Positions 1-10,007 of a stretch of DNA of 64,000 bases are shown here, piece after piece. The position numbers were made by a program, and so were the translations under genes. The stretch lies in contig CBINOT010000001.1 of the NCBI GenBank assembly GCA_966252355.1, positions 724-64,723 on the forward strand, read 5' to 3'. The notes under the pieces are model-generated. The model had not been told where the DNA came from and did not search any database. It saw nothing but the letters and a program-made list of their open reading frames with translations. The first letter of the stretch is position 1, and each line of letters opens with the position of its first letter. This DNA is from an uncultured Opitutus sp. GTDB taxonomy: Bacteria; Verrucomicrobiota; Verrucomicrobiia; Opitutales; Opitutaceae.

Positions 1-2343
1 TTGCCGCACGATTGGAGCATCGAAGGCGCATACGACGAACACGCTCTCACCGGCGGCTCGGGCGGCTATCTTCCGGCCGGAATCGGTTGGTACCGAAAGT
101 CATTCACGCTGCCCGAATCCGCGCGCGGCCGGCGGGTGACGATCCAATTCGACGGCGTGTACCAGCACAGCACCGTCTGGATCAACGGCCACGAACTCGG
201 CACGCGGCCGTATGGTTACGCGACATTTTGGTACGAGCTGACGCCCCACCTGCGTTTCGACGGTACGCCCAACGTCATCGCCGTCCGCGTCGACAATGCC
301 GCTCAGCCGAGCAGCCGCTGGTATTCCGGTTCGGGCATTTATCGCCACACTTGGCTGACCCTCAGCGATCCGCTGGCGATCGTCCCCTTCGGCGTGTTCG
401 TGACGACCCCGACGGTCGCGACCGAATCCGCCACCGTCAATGTGCAGACGCATCTCCGCAACGGCCGCGCCGCTCCGGCTCGCGTGGTGCTGCACACGGA
501 AATCCTGAACGAGCGCGGCGAGCCGCTGACGCCCCCGGTCGAAGCGTCGTCCCCGGTGGCGGACGTCGCCGCCGGCGCGGAACTCGAGCTGACCGCGGCC
601 TTGAATATGCCGGCGCCGCGACGGTGGTCGCCGGAAACGCCGACGCTGCATCGCGCCCGCACGGAACTCCAGATTGACGGCGTCGTGGTCGATGCGGTCG
701 ACACCTCGTTCGGCATCCGTCGGCTGGAGTACGACGTGAATCGCGGCCTGCTGATCAACGGCACGCCGGTGAAACTGCGCGGCATGTGCGTGCATCACGA
801 CGGCGGCGCGGTGGGCGCCGCGGTGCCCGAGGCAGTGCTCGAGCGTCGTTTGCGCCTCTTGCAGGAGATGGGCTGCAATGCGATTCGCGCGAGCCACAAT
901 CCGATGGCACCGGAGTTCTACGATCTCTGCGACCGGCTCGGCCTCCTCGTCATGGACGAAGCGTTCGACGAATGGACGATCCGCAAATCGCAGATCAAGT
1001 TCGGCTACTCCGATGTGTTCGATGCGTGGTGCGAGCGCGACGTCACCGACTTCGTCCGCCGCGATCGCAACCATCCTTCGATCGTGATGTGGAGCGCCGG
1101 GAACGAAATCCCGGAGCAACGCGCGCCGAACGGGCCCGAGGTGCTGCGCCGATTGCTCGCAGTGTTTCATCGCGAGGACCCGACGCGGCCCGTCACCGCC
1201 GCGATGGACAATGTCTTCAACGAGAAAGGCCAGGCGCCCGTGGCGTTTTCCGACCAGCTCGACATCGTCGGCTACAACTACGTCGATCGTTGGGGCGCGC
1301 GGCGCGAAACCCACTACGCCGACGACCGCTCCGAATTTCCGCGGCGCAAGTTCGTCGGCACCGAGAACGTGACGGCGCGCGGCACGCGCGGCGAGTATCG
1401 TTTCGGCCCGCTGATCGGCGGCGGCTTCGGCGGTTTCGCGAGCGCCCGCCCGAGCCCGGCGGTCGGGCCGGAAGGCGCGCTCTATCTGGCCGGCACGATA
1501 CGCTTCGGCGCGCTCTGGAAGTTTATTGCGACGCACGATTACGTGATCGGCGACTTCGGGTGGACCGGGATCGATTATCTCGGCGAAGCGCGCTGGCCGC
1601 GGAAGGGCGCGGCTTCGGGCTCGCTCGACACGTGCGGCTTCAAGAAGGACACGTTCTATTTCTACCAAAGCCTCTGGACGGCCGCGCCGATGCTGCACCT
1701 GTTGCCGCACTGGAACTGGCCGGACCGCGTCGGCAAGACCGTGCCGGTCGCGGCCTACTCGAACTGTCCCATCGTCGAGTTGTTCCTCAACGGGCGCAGC
1801 CTCGGTGCGAAAGCGCGCGAATTTCCCGCGCAGGGCAACGCGGGTTCCTGGAACTCCTATGCCCAGCCGCCGATTCAGGCGACGACGGGCGATCTGCAAC
1901 TCGTGTGGGATGTGCTCTACGAGCCCGGCGAGTTGAAAGCCGTCGGCTACGATCGCTCCGGGAAGCCGGTCGCGGAAGCCGTCGTGCGCACGGCCGGAGC
2001 GCCGGCGACGCTCGAAGTGACGGTCGACCGGCTGACGATTGCGTCGGACGCGCGCGATGTCGCGCACGTGACGGTGCGCGCGCTCGATGCGAGCGGCGTT
2101 TTCGTGCCGCTCGCGCATGACGCGCTCACGTTCGAGCTCACCGGACCCGCGAAATTGATCGGCGTCGACAACGGCGATCTCACGAGCCACGAGAGCTACA
2201 AAACGAACACGCGTCCCTTGTATCTCGGGATGGCGCTGGCGCTCGTGCAATCCACGTCCGACGCCGGCACCGCGCATCTCGTCGTGCACGCGGCCGGCTT
2301 GCCTGATGCTGCGGTCACGATCGCGACCGCCCCGAAATTGTAG
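1..2343 (+). CDS. Glycoside hydrolase family 2 (beta-galactosidase type), probably 5'-truncated by the window edge
   Basis: GH2 motifs GVYQHSTVWING, RWYSGSGIYRH, CNAIRASHNP, WSAGNE (acid/base) and FVGTEN (nucleophile), plus C-terminal Ig-like domains. The frame is open from base 1 with no signal peptide visible. Confidence 0.93.
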   Translation: MPHDWSIEGAYDEHALTGGSGGYLPAGIGWYRKSFTLPESARGRRVTIQFDGVYQHSTVWINGHELGTRPYGYATFWYELTPHLRFDGTPNVIAVRVDNAAQPSSRWYSGSGIYRHTWLTLSDPLAIVPFGVFVTTPTVATESATVNVQTHLRNGRAAPARVVLHTEILNERGEPLTPPVEASSPVADVAAGAELELTAALNMPAPRRWSPETPTLHRARTELQIDGVVVDAVDTSFGIRRLEYDVNRGLLINGTPVKLRGMCVHHDGGAVGAAVPEAVLERRLRLLQEMGCNAIRASHNPMAPEFYDLCDRLGLLVMDEAFDEWTIRKSQIKFGYSDVFDAWCERDVTDFVRRDRNHPSIVMWSAGNEIPEQRAPNGPEVLRRLLAVFHREDPTRPVTAAMDNVFNEKGQAPVAFSDQLDIVGYNYVDRWGARRETHYADDRSEFPRRKFVGTENVTARGTRGEYRFGPLIGGGFGGFASARPSPAVGPEGALYLAGTIRFGALWKFIATHDYVIGDFGWTGIDYLGEARWPRKGAASGSLDTCGFKKDTFYFYQSLWTAAPMLHLLPHWNWPDRVGKTVPVAAYSNCPIVELFLNGRSLGAKAREFPAQGNAGSWNSYAQPPIQATTGDLQLVWDVLYEPGELKAVGYDRSGKPVAEAVVRTAGAPATLEVTVDRLTIASDARDVAHVTVRALDASGVFVPLAHDALTFELTGPAKLIGVDNGDLTSHESYKTNTRPLYLGMALALVQSTSDAGTAHLVVHAAGLPDAAVTIATAPKL

Positions 2344-2678
2344 CTGCCGGCTTCATGCGCCGTCGCTATGGCGCGCGAAATTTTTCAGGTCCGTCGGGCT
2401 CGCGCTCGACTCGCGATGGCACGAGATCGGCATGCGCCGCTTAACGCTAAAGTTAAAACATCGTTGCTTACGGGAAGGCGGGCGACATGTCCGCACGCGG
2501 CATACCTAGATCTGGTTATAGAATTTTGGGTACGAAAAATCTAAACTCGCTCTCTTCGGCCAAGGAATACCCCGTTCCTCGCCGGTCCCCCTCCCCCTTT
2601 GCGGACCTCAATCCGCGAATCGGCAATCCCGCCGAGCGCTTCGATACAAAGAAGCGGTCATACAACACCACCCCCAAC

Positions 2679-3326
2679 ATGAAACAAAACTGCGTAAAAC
2701 TAATGTGTGCCGGTGCAGCCCTGTTCGCTGCGATCTCGCTGCAGGCTGCTACCATCACCATTACCACCACGATCAACATCGCTGCCGGCGCCACCTACAA
2801 TGGCAATGGCAACTCCATCAAAGCCGTCGGCATGGGCGACGGCAGCCAGGACGAGTCGCAAAAGCCGTACTTCAAACTGAACTCCAACTCGACGCTGAAA
2901 TCGGTGTCGCTCTTGGCGCCAGGTGTGGACGGCTGCCATTTCTACGGCACGGGCTGGATGTCCGATGTCCTCTGGAATGACGTCGGCGAGGATGCCTGGA
3001 CGGTGAAGTCCGGCGGCTCTTGCCACGTTGATTACTGCCGGATGTGGTGGGCCAGCGATAAGATCGGACAGGTCAACGCCGCTTCGACGGTCGACCTTTA
3101 TTATACCGACTCGCACACGGGCGGGAAGGTCATCCGCCAGAATGGTGGCACGACCTTTCAGTGCACCTTCCACTACTATTACGGCACGCACGATCAAATC
3201 CATGAAGCGATCGGCCGTACCGATTCGTCCACCACGCGGTTCTATTATCGTTCGATGAACGTGACGAACTTCTCGGGCAGCAACGGTTGGTGGTATGGGC
3301 GCTCCTCACAGGCCAGCACCTTCTAA
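2679..3326 (+). CDS. Secreted pectate lyase, PL3-like
   Basis: ATG at 2679 gives a signal peptide (MKQNCVKLMCAGAALFAAISLQA). PL3 motifs: GDGSQDESQKPYF, LAPGVDGCH, DVGEDAWTVK, ASDKIGQVN. The ORF track start at 2487 is probably too long. Confidence 0.8.
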   Translation: MKQNCVKLMCAGAALFAAISLQAATITITTTINIAAGATYNGNGNSIKAVGMGDGSQDESQKPYFKLNSNSTLKSVSLLAPGVDGCHFYGTGWMSDVLWNDVGEDAWTVKSGGSCHVDYCRMWWASDKIGQVNAASTVDLYYTDSHTGGKVIRQNGGTTFQCTFHYYYGTHDQIHEAIGRTDSSTTRFYYRSMNVTNFSGSNGWWYGRSSQASTF

Positions 3327-3367
3327 GTCAGACCTGAGCAAAGCAGGCTAAACCTCTCTGCTCTCAC

Positions 3368-3406
3368 GCAACGGCAGCTCTCGCAGCTGCCGTTGCCTTG
3401 TTTTAC
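3368..3406 (+). terminator. Rho-independent terminator after the pectate lyase
   Basis: 11-bp stem GCAACGGCAGC (3368-3378) / GCTGCCGTTGC (3386-3396), 7-nt loop, followed by CTTGTTTTAC. Confidence 0.8.
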
Positions 3407-3433
3407 ATCGGACTGCCGGACGAATTCAGCTGC

Positions 3434-4639
3434 ATGTCAAACGATGGAGCATTCCCCCGCGACAAAGCCGGGCGAGGCTGGCCGACGCCGGTTGCTTTGG
3501 CGATTTGCGGATTGGCTGGCGCAGCCGGGCTCTTTCTGGGCAAGCCGTCCCTGAGTTTTCTCGCCGTCAGGGATGCGAGGCCGCCCCTCGTTTCGTCGCC
3601 GCCCGCCACGGCGAAGGAAGCTGGGCGCGCTGCGCGAACCGCGGCCGAGGAACTTGGCCACCCGAAAGGCGGGGCGGCATCCTGGGGTGACCGGTGGCGC
3701 GCCGCGGCGGATCGGTCCCGGACTCCCGCCCGCACCCGCGAACTCGCCGCCTTGATCGAGGAACTGGCCCGCACCGATCATGAGCGCGCCCTAGCGTTGG
3801 CCGCCCAAGAGCCGGACTGGCGCCTCCGGGACCTCTTTCGCGATGCCGCCCTGCGCGGCTGGGCCTCGACCGCGCCCGATGCCGCCGGCGGTTACGCCCT
3901 GACGTTGCGCGAGGAAGACCGCCGGGCAGCGGTCGCGGCGGTGTTGCAAGGGACCGCAAACGCTCCGGAGCAAACCGTGCGTTTGGCACTACGCCTGGGC
4001 CGGGAGGATCCGAAAACGGCGGGAGATTACGGGCATGCCGCGATCGCGGTGCTGGTGGAGAACGGACACTTCGCCGATGCGGTGAAATTCGGCCAGGCGG
4101 CGGGCGCCGAAACCTACCCCTTCTTGCTGAAATCCGCTTTCTTTCAATGGGCGCGCAACCAGCCGGATCAGGCGCTGGCGGCTTGCGCCGAAATCGAAGA
4201 CCGGAAACTCCAGGCCCGCGCGCACGCTGAAGTCATCTCCGGCTGGGCGTGGGCGGACCCCAAGGCGTTGGCCGCATATGCCTTGAAATCTCCCTCGGCG
4301 GACGAACGGAAAGCCGCGCTGAACGAAGCGCTGCCTTTGTGGATGGAGCGCGAGCCGGAAGCGGCGATCGACTGGATCAACGCGCGCAACACCGGTCCGG
4401 AGTTTGACGCCGGCGTGGCGGCCGCGGCTAACCTCCAATCCTTCATCGTCAATCAGCCGGACACCGCCATGAACCTCGCGGCGCGGATTTCGGATTCCAA
4501 GCTGCGGAGCAACACCATGCGTGCCGTATTCCGGCAATGGGCTTCGGCTAACTCGGACGCGGCCCGCGCCTATGCAGGAAACCGGGACGAGGCCGATCGC
4601 AAAATCCTCCAGAGCGAAATCGACGATCTCCCTCGCTGA
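3434..4639 (+). CDS. Hypothetical membrane-anchored helical-repeat protein
   Basis: N-terminal hydrophobic segment and repeated 'WA..DP..A..W/Y' units. Paralog of 4714..5865. Start moved to ATG 3434 because the TTG at 3398 lies in the terminator. Confidence 0.7.
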   Translation: MSNDGAFPRDKAGRGWPTPVALAICGLAGAAGLFLGKPSLSFLAVRDARPPLVSSPPATAKEAGRAARTAAEELGHPKGGAASWGDRWRAAADRSRTPARTRELAALIEELARTDHERALALAAQEPDWRLRDLFRDAALRGWASTAPDAAGGYALTLREEDRRAAVAAVLQGTANAPEQTVRLALRLGREDPKTAGDYGHAAIAVLVENGHFADAVKFGQAAGAETYPFLLKSAFFQWARNQPDQALAACAEIEDRKLQARAHAEVISGWAWADPKALAAYALKSPSADERKAALNEALPLWMEREPEAAIDWINARNTGPEFDAGVAAAANLQSFIVNQPDTAMNLAARISDSKLRSNTMRAVFRQWASANSDAARAYAGNRDEADRKILQSEIDDLPR

Positions 4640-4713
4640 GCTATGAAACCGGGAAATACACGACCCGCGCGAAAGGAAGGCCGGGTATCTCGCGGTTCTT
4701 CCTCCCCGCACCC

Positions 4714-5865
4714 ATGAGTTTCGCGCGCCACATGCCACGCTGGCCTGGTTCTGTTGTGATCGGGTGCTCGATCCTGTGCTTCGCGATCGGATTTTTCGTC
4801 CGCCGATCAAACGGCCGAACGGCAGCGCCCGCGGTTTCCACCGCGGCTCCCGCCACGGCGGTTTCGGTCCCGGCTAGGTTGTCTTGGGCCGAACGCTGGC
4901 GAGAGAAGGCAGCACAGCCCACCTGCCCTTCGACAACGCGCAAACGGGCGGAGTTGATCGAGGAACTGGCTCGCGCCGATCCGAAACGCGCGCTCGAACT
5001 CGCCCGCGCCGAATCGAATTTGCTGGTTCAGGATGAACTGCGCGCCGGCGCGCTGCGCGGCTGGGCGGCGGTCGCTCCGGATGCTGCGATGAGCTGGGCC
5101 ATGGCCCAGCCCGTCCTCGGCGAGCGGATGCGCTGTTTCGAGGCGGTCCTGACCGGAGCCGTGGAGCATCCCGCCGAGGCCGTCCGCCTCGCGCTGAAAG
5201 CCTGCGCGTCCGATCCCGAACCGGCCGCCGCCTATGGCCAGACGCTCGTCAACGCGCTGATCGATCGCGCCGGTGATTTCGAGGCCGCGGCGGAATTTGC
5301 GCGCCAGGCCACCATGGTGGAAGGCCAATCGCACCTCGTTGATTCCGCCTACTTCCAGTGGGCCCAAAACGACCCGAAACGCGCGTTGATGGCAGTTGCC
5401 ACCCTCACCGATCGGGACATTCGAGACGCGGCCTTAGAAGGCATGGTCCAGGGGTGCGCCAGCGCCGACGCGCATGCCATCGCCGACTACGCCAAGACGC
5501 TGCCGGAAGGCGAGGAGCGCAGCCGCATCATGGCCATCGCGCTGCCCCAATGGATCGCGAAGGATCCAGTGGCCGCCCTGGAATGGATCAATCAAGCCGA
5601 CCCGGATCCGGACTTCGATCGCGGGCTTATTGCGCTGACGACCCGTCCGTCCATGGCGCTGTCTCAACCCTTGGTCGCGTTGGATCTGGCGGATAGTATT
5701 TGCGATTCAGGTCACCGCCGCCTGGCCAAGAACGAAATCTTTATGCAATGGGCGCGGAACGACTACAACGCCGCGGTGCGCTATGCCCAATCCGTGCAAA
5801 ACCCGGAATACCGGGAAATGTTCATGGGCCTCCTCGAAAACGTCGCGCTTCACAAAAACGAATGA
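4714..5865 (+). CDS. Hypothetical membrane-anchored helical-repeat protein (paralog of the previous gene)
   Basis: LIEELARADPKRALELA...ALRGWAAVAPDAA matches LIEELARTDHERALALA...ALRGWASTAPDAA of the upstream gene. N-terminal TM segment. Confidence 0.75.
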   Translation: MSFARHMPRWPGSVVIGCSILCFAIGFFVRRSNGRTAAPAVSTAAPATAVSVPARLSWAERWREKAAQPTCPSTTRKRAELIEELARADPKRALELARAESNLLVQDELRAGALRGWAAVAPDAAMSWAMAQPVLGERMRCFEAVLTGAVEHPAEAVRLALKACASDPEPAAAYGQTLVNALIDRAGDFEAAAEFARQATMVEGQSHLVDSAYFQWAQNDPKRALMAVATLTDRDIRDAALEGMVQGCASADAHAIADYAKTLPEGEERSRIMAIALPQWIAKDPVAALEWINQADPDPDFDRGLIALTTRPSMALSQPLVALDLADSICDSGHRRLAKNEIFMQWARNDYNAAVRYAQSVQNPEYREMFMGLLENVALHKNE

Positions 5866-7919
5866 AGGCGGAATTTGGATCCTTCTTCCCCCGGCTTCAG
5901 CCATTGAAAATACGGAGGACCCTTCTTTCGTTCCTCGTTTGCCTATTCGCCGCCCCGCTGCTCGCCGCCGCGCCCGGGCCGGTGCTATTTCCGCCGCATC
6001 ACGCCGCCAAGAACGGCGACCTGCTCGCGTTGCGCGCCCTGGTTCGGACCGATCCGGGGGCAGTCGATGCCCGCGGTCCCTCCGAGGTCACCCCGCTCTT
6101 CGTGGCGGCCGTCTTTGGCCATACCGAGGTCGTGCGCTTTCTGCTCGAGGAGGGCGCGACCGTCGACGCGAGGGCGTCCGATGGCAGCACGCCCCTGTGC
6201 GCCGCGGCGTTTCATGGCCACGTGGAAGTCGTGCAGCTCCTAGCCGAACGCGGCGCCGCGCTCAATGCCGAGACCGAGAACCACGACACTCCATGGACGC
6301 TGGCCGCCGCAAATGGCCAATTGGCCATGTTGGAACTGCTCCGCTCGCTCGGCGCGCGCCCCGACCATCGCGCGGCGGCGGGTGCGGCGAGGGAAGGCCA
6401 AGCGAAAGTCGTCGCCCGGCTGCTCCAGGAGGGCGGCGACATCGATATCCCCGATGCAGACGGACTGACCCCGCTCATGCTCGCCGCGCGCGAGGGGAAG
6501 AACGAAGCCGTGCGCGTCCTCCTCGCAAGCGGCGCGCGCGTCAATGCGGTCGATCGCAAGGGGCTGGCCGCCCTGCATTACGCGGCCAAGGAAGGTCACG
6601 CGGATACCATCGAACTCCTGCTCGACCACGGCGCGGAAATCGACCTGCGCGACAAACATCGGCGCACGCCGTTGTTCATGGCGGCCTTCCATGGGTATGC
6701 CAAAGCCGCGCGGGTGCTGTGCGACCGGGGGGCCGACCTCGACGCGCGGGATGAACAAAACCGCACGCCGCTCTTCATCGCGACGAAGGATGGTTCCGAG
6801 GAGGCCGCCTTGCTCTTCATCGAAAAGGGGGCGAGCACGAAGGAATTCCTGGTCGACGGGCGCAGCACGCTTTCCCCCGTCCGGCTCGCCGCCTACGACG
6901 GCCACATCGTCATTCTCAAGGCGCTCATCGCGCACGGCGCGGAGATCGACGCCAAACGCACGGACGGCGGTCTGACGCCGGTCCATTTCGCGGCTCAAGG
7001 CGGGCATCTCGACATCATCAAACTGCTCGCCGGCAAAGGCGCGCGTTTGGAGGAGCGCGCGACCGATGGACGCACGGCGCTCTGGCTTGCGGCGCAGAAC
7101 GGCTGGCTCGCCATCGCGAAATATCTGCTCGCCAAGGGTCTCGACCTCGAGGCGCGCGACCATCTCGGGCGCACGCCGCTCTATGCCGCGGCCGAAGTGG
7201 GTTATCCGGCGATGGTGCGGTTCCTGCTCGAACGCGGCGCGGCCGTGGATGCCCCGGCAAACGACGGCACCACGCCGCTGGCGATGGCGTCGAAACTGGG
7301 CTCAGTGCTGACCGTCGAAGCGCTGCTCGAAAAGGGCGCCCAGCCCGGCACGCGCAGCAAAGCCGGACTTACCCCGCTGCTCTACGCCAGCGGCGCTGGC
7401 GGCCCGCATTATATTTTTCCGGCGGACGGAAATTACCTCGATGTCTTCCAGATGCTGTTGGCGAAGGGCGCCAAGCTTGAAGACCGTACGCCTGAAGGTG
7501 TGACTCCGCTGGGTCTCGCCGCGCAGGAAGGGCGTCTCGAGCTGGTCAACGCCATGATCGCCCTCCGCCACCCCGTGAATCTGGCGGACGAACACGCCCG
7601 CACGGCGCTGCAATGGGCCTCCGCCGGCGGACATGCCGCGGTCGTCAAAACGCTGCTGGCGGCCGGGGCCGATCGCGATGCGGCGGATGATTTCGGCCAG
7701 ACGCCTCTGTTCCTTGCCGCGAAGTGCGGACACTTTGAAACGGTCAAGACCCTGCTGGCGGCCGGCGCCGTCATGCCCAAGCCAACGCAGGACGGTGAAA
7801 CACCCCTCTCCATCGCGAAGAAGTATAGTTACAGGCCCGTGGTCAGGCTGCTTGAACGAAGCCAGGCCAAAACTCCTTCGAATCCGGTTCAGTCCAATAC
7901 GCCTCCGTCGACTCCATGA
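5862..7919 (+). CDS. Secreted long ankyrin-repeat protein
   Basis: ATGA overlap with the upstream stop, signal-peptide-like N-terminus, and roughly 18-20 G.TPL..AA..G....V..LL..GA repeats. Confidence 0.92.
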   Translation: MKAEFGSFFPRLQPLKIRRTLLSFLVCLFAAPLLAAAPGPVLFPPHHAAKNGDLLALRALVRTDPGAVDARGPSEVTPLFVAAVFGHTEVVRFLLEEGATVDARASDGSTPLCAAAFHGHVEVVQLLAERGAALNAETENHDTPWTLAAANGQLAMLELLRSLGARPDHRAAAGAAREGQAKVVARLLQEGGDIDIPDADGLTPLMLAAREGKNEAVRVLLASGARVNAVDRKGLAALHYAAKEGHADTIELLLDHGAEIDLRDKHRRTPLFMAAFHGYAKAARVLCDRGADLDARDEQNRTPLFIATKDGSEEAALLFIEKGASTKEFLVDGRSTLSPVRLAAYDGHIVILKALIAHGAEIDAKRTDGGLTPVHFAAQGGHLDIIKLLAGKGARLEERATDGRTALWLAAQNGWLAIAKYLLAKGLDLEARDHLGRTPLYAAAEVGYPAMVRFLLERGAAVDAPANDGTTPLAMASKLGSVLTVEALLEKGAQPGTRSKAGLTPLLYASGAGGPHYIFPADGNYLDVFQMLLAKGAKLEDRTPEGVTPLGLAAQEGRLELVNAMIALRHPVNLADEHARTALQWASAGGHAAVVKTLLAAGADRDAADDFGQTPLFLAAKCGHFETVKTLLAAGAVMPKPTQDGETPLSIAKKYSYRPVVRLLERSQAKTPSNPVQSNTPPSTP

Positions 7920-8701
7920 GATCAGAACCGCGCAAAATGAAATCCCGAGCGCGAGCCACCGAGCCCGCGCAAGTTGGCAAGAAGAGGACGCGAGCAGGGG
8001 CAAACGGACCCCGTTTGCTCGCCCAAACCCAGCTCAGGTTCCTGAGCGTCGCGTGCGCTGGCATTGCAGCGTTGGCTTTTGGCGTGCTGGAGGGAAGCGA
8101 GTCCGGCGCCCGGCGGAAACCTGCGGAGCTCACGCAATCCGCGCAACCGAAGCAGCCCGCGGCATCGCCGGATTTTCCGCTCATGGCCGCCGCCCGCGCC
8201 GGCAACGCGGGCCGTGTCAAGGAGCTGCTCGCCAACGGCGCCGCCGAAGACGCCCGCAACGCGAACCTTGAAACGTCGCTGTTCGTCGCAGCGGCGCTGG
8301 GACATGTGGACGTCGTCCGGATTTTGGTGGACGTGCCGGCGGGAATCGACATCGCGGATGCGGAGGGTCGCACGCCTCTGTTTGCTGCCGCCGCGGCCGG
8401 CCGCCGGGAAACGGTCGAGCTGCTGCTCGATCATGGCGCGAATCCAAATAGCTCCCGCATGAACGGGGAATCGCCGCTGTTCGTCGCCGTCGAAAATCGT
8501 CACATCGAGGTCGTGCGGACGCTGCTCAAGATGGGGGCGCTGCCGACCGTGGTGGATTCGCGTGGCCGCACGCCTCTCCAGGTCGCGCGCGCCCAGGACA
8601 ACAAGGAAATGGCCGCGTTGCTGCTGACCTTCCGCGCGCAGATGCCGGACAAGAATACGCGGGCAACCACTCATCCGCGGCCGGATGCCTCGCCGAAATA
8701 A
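7916..8701 (+). CDS. Membrane-anchored ankyrin-repeat protein
   Basis: ATGA overlap, hydrophobic segment FLSVACAGIAALAFGVL, about 4 ankyrin repeats. Confidence 0.88.
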   Translation: MRSEPRKMKSRARATEPAQVGKKRTRAGANGPRLLAQTQLRFLSVACAGIAALAFGVLEGSESGARRKPAELTQSAQPKQPAASPDFPLMAAARAGNAGRVKELLANGAAEDARNANLETSLFVAAALGHVDVVRILVDVPAGIDIADAEGRTPLFAAAAAGRRETVELLLDHGANPNSSRMNGESPLFVAVENRHIEVVRTLLKMGALPTVVDSRGRTPLQVARAQDNKEMAALLLTFRAQMPDKNTRATTHPRPDASPK

Positions 8702-8835
8702 CCGATCGGCGCAGTCCGTCAAAATTCGCGCCTCGCATTAACTTGGCGATTCGTGCCGCGAAGCTAGGCGAAAGGATCGGCGTGACCCATTGGGGTTTTG
8801 GTCGTGCGTGGGGTCCGCAGCCCGCCGCGCCGTTG

Positions 8836-9468
8836 TTACGGCACGCACGCGCCGCGCGGGATGCGACCGAAGGTCAGCATGTCCGCCGCAAGCTGCTCCA
8901 TCTCGCCGACGGCATGTTTCATCCGTCGGGCCTGTTCCGCGTAGTTCTCCTGCACGTCTTGCGCGAATCGTCGGAGCGCTCGCGCCGGCTCGCCCTGCTC
9001 GATGCGCGCGGCGAGCGTTTCCTCGCTCGCGATGCGGCGCGCGAAATCTCTCATTTCCGCCAGGCTCGCGCTCAGCTCGCTATGGCGCGAAATCGGCGTG
9101 TCGGTTTCGATTTCGGCGCAGCCCCCGAAGAAACCGAGGAATGAGCCGTCGGGGTGGAAATGCGGTGCGCCGCGGTCGAGGATCCAGCGATACGCGCCGG
9201 CGTGGTTCAGCAGCCGGTAGCTCATGGCAAAGGCCACGCGCCGTTCGAAGCACCCGATGTAGTGATTCACACAGCGCTCCAGATCCTCGGGGTGCACGCC
9301 CTCGGCCCAGCCGTTGCCGAATTCCTGCTCGAGCGTCCGCCCGCGAAAATCGAGCCATGCGCGGTTGAAATAGAAGCAGCCCATATCGAGGCCGGACATC
9401 CAGATCATCACCGGCGCACCATCGGCGAGTTGTTGAAAGAAATCGCCGTGCGGCGACATGGAATCCAT
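8836..9468 (-). CDS. Stand-alone PAS-domain protein
   Basis: PAS_3-like sequence APVMIW...YFNRAWLDFRG...GWAEGVHPED...YRWILDRG; no output domain. Confidence 0.85.
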   Translation of the reverse strand: MDSMSPHGDFFQQLADGAPVMIWMSGLDMGCFYFNRAWLDFRGRTLEQEFGNGWAEGVHPEDLERCVNHYIGCFERRVAFAMSYRLLNHAGAYRWILDRGAPHFHPDGSFLGFFGGCAEIETDTPISRHSELSASLAEMRDFARRIASEETLAARIEQGEPARALRRFAQDVQENYAEQARRMKHAVGEMEQLAADMLTFGRIPRGACVP

Positions 9469-9577
9469 GGAGAAAAGTTAGCCTGAGATCGTGCGAGCGA
9501 TGCAATCCAAACTCCGCCGCCGCGTCGATCGACGGCAGCGACCGCAACGACTGCCGCGTCCGCGGAAACTAACGGCC

Positions 9578-9985
9578 TCAGGCCGGCACGGACTTGACGT
9601 AGTGGGCGGCGATGCGCGCCAGATCGGCGACCGCGAGCGGTTTCACGAGATAATCGCGCGCACCGAGGGCCCGCGCGCGTGAGACATCTTCCTCGCGATC
9701 GGAACCGGAGAGCACGATCGGGAACACATTGACCTTGTCCCGGTGATCGTTGACCCAACGCAGCACGTCGAAGCCGGTCATGATCGGCATCGAGATATCG
9801 ACGAAAAACAGCCAGGGCTCGCCCTTGGGCTTCTCCGTCAAACCTTCGGCGAATTTCACGAATTCGGCGCCATCGCGGAAGCGCAGGATGGGATTTTCGA
9901 TGGACGTCGCGCGCGCGGCGCGCCGAAAAAAGAAAAAATCGTCGTCGTCGTCTTCGGCGATGAGGATGGGGGCGTCTTCTTTCAT
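9578..9985 (-). CDS. Single-domain response regulator
   Basis: Receiver motifs ILIAEDDDDD, FVDISMPIMTG, VLSGS, YLVKP. Confidence 0.92.
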   Translation of the reverse strand: MKEDAPILIAEDDDDDFFFFRRAARATSIENPILRFRDGAEFVKFAEGLTEKPKGEPWLFFVDISMPIMTGFDVLRWVNDHRDKVNVFPIVLSGSDREEDVSRARALGARDYLVKPLAVADLARIAAHYVKSVPA

Positions 9986-10007
9986 GGCTTGGATGATGCA
10001 ATCGTCA

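Noticed and set aside
100-2289. 729-aa minus-strand ORF (and similar long ORFs at 18505..20004, 23668..25704, 57393..59021, 59543..61009)
   Set aside because: Antisense or alternate-frame shadows of well-supported genes in GC-rich DNA; they have no motifs and an Arg/Gly/His-rich composition.
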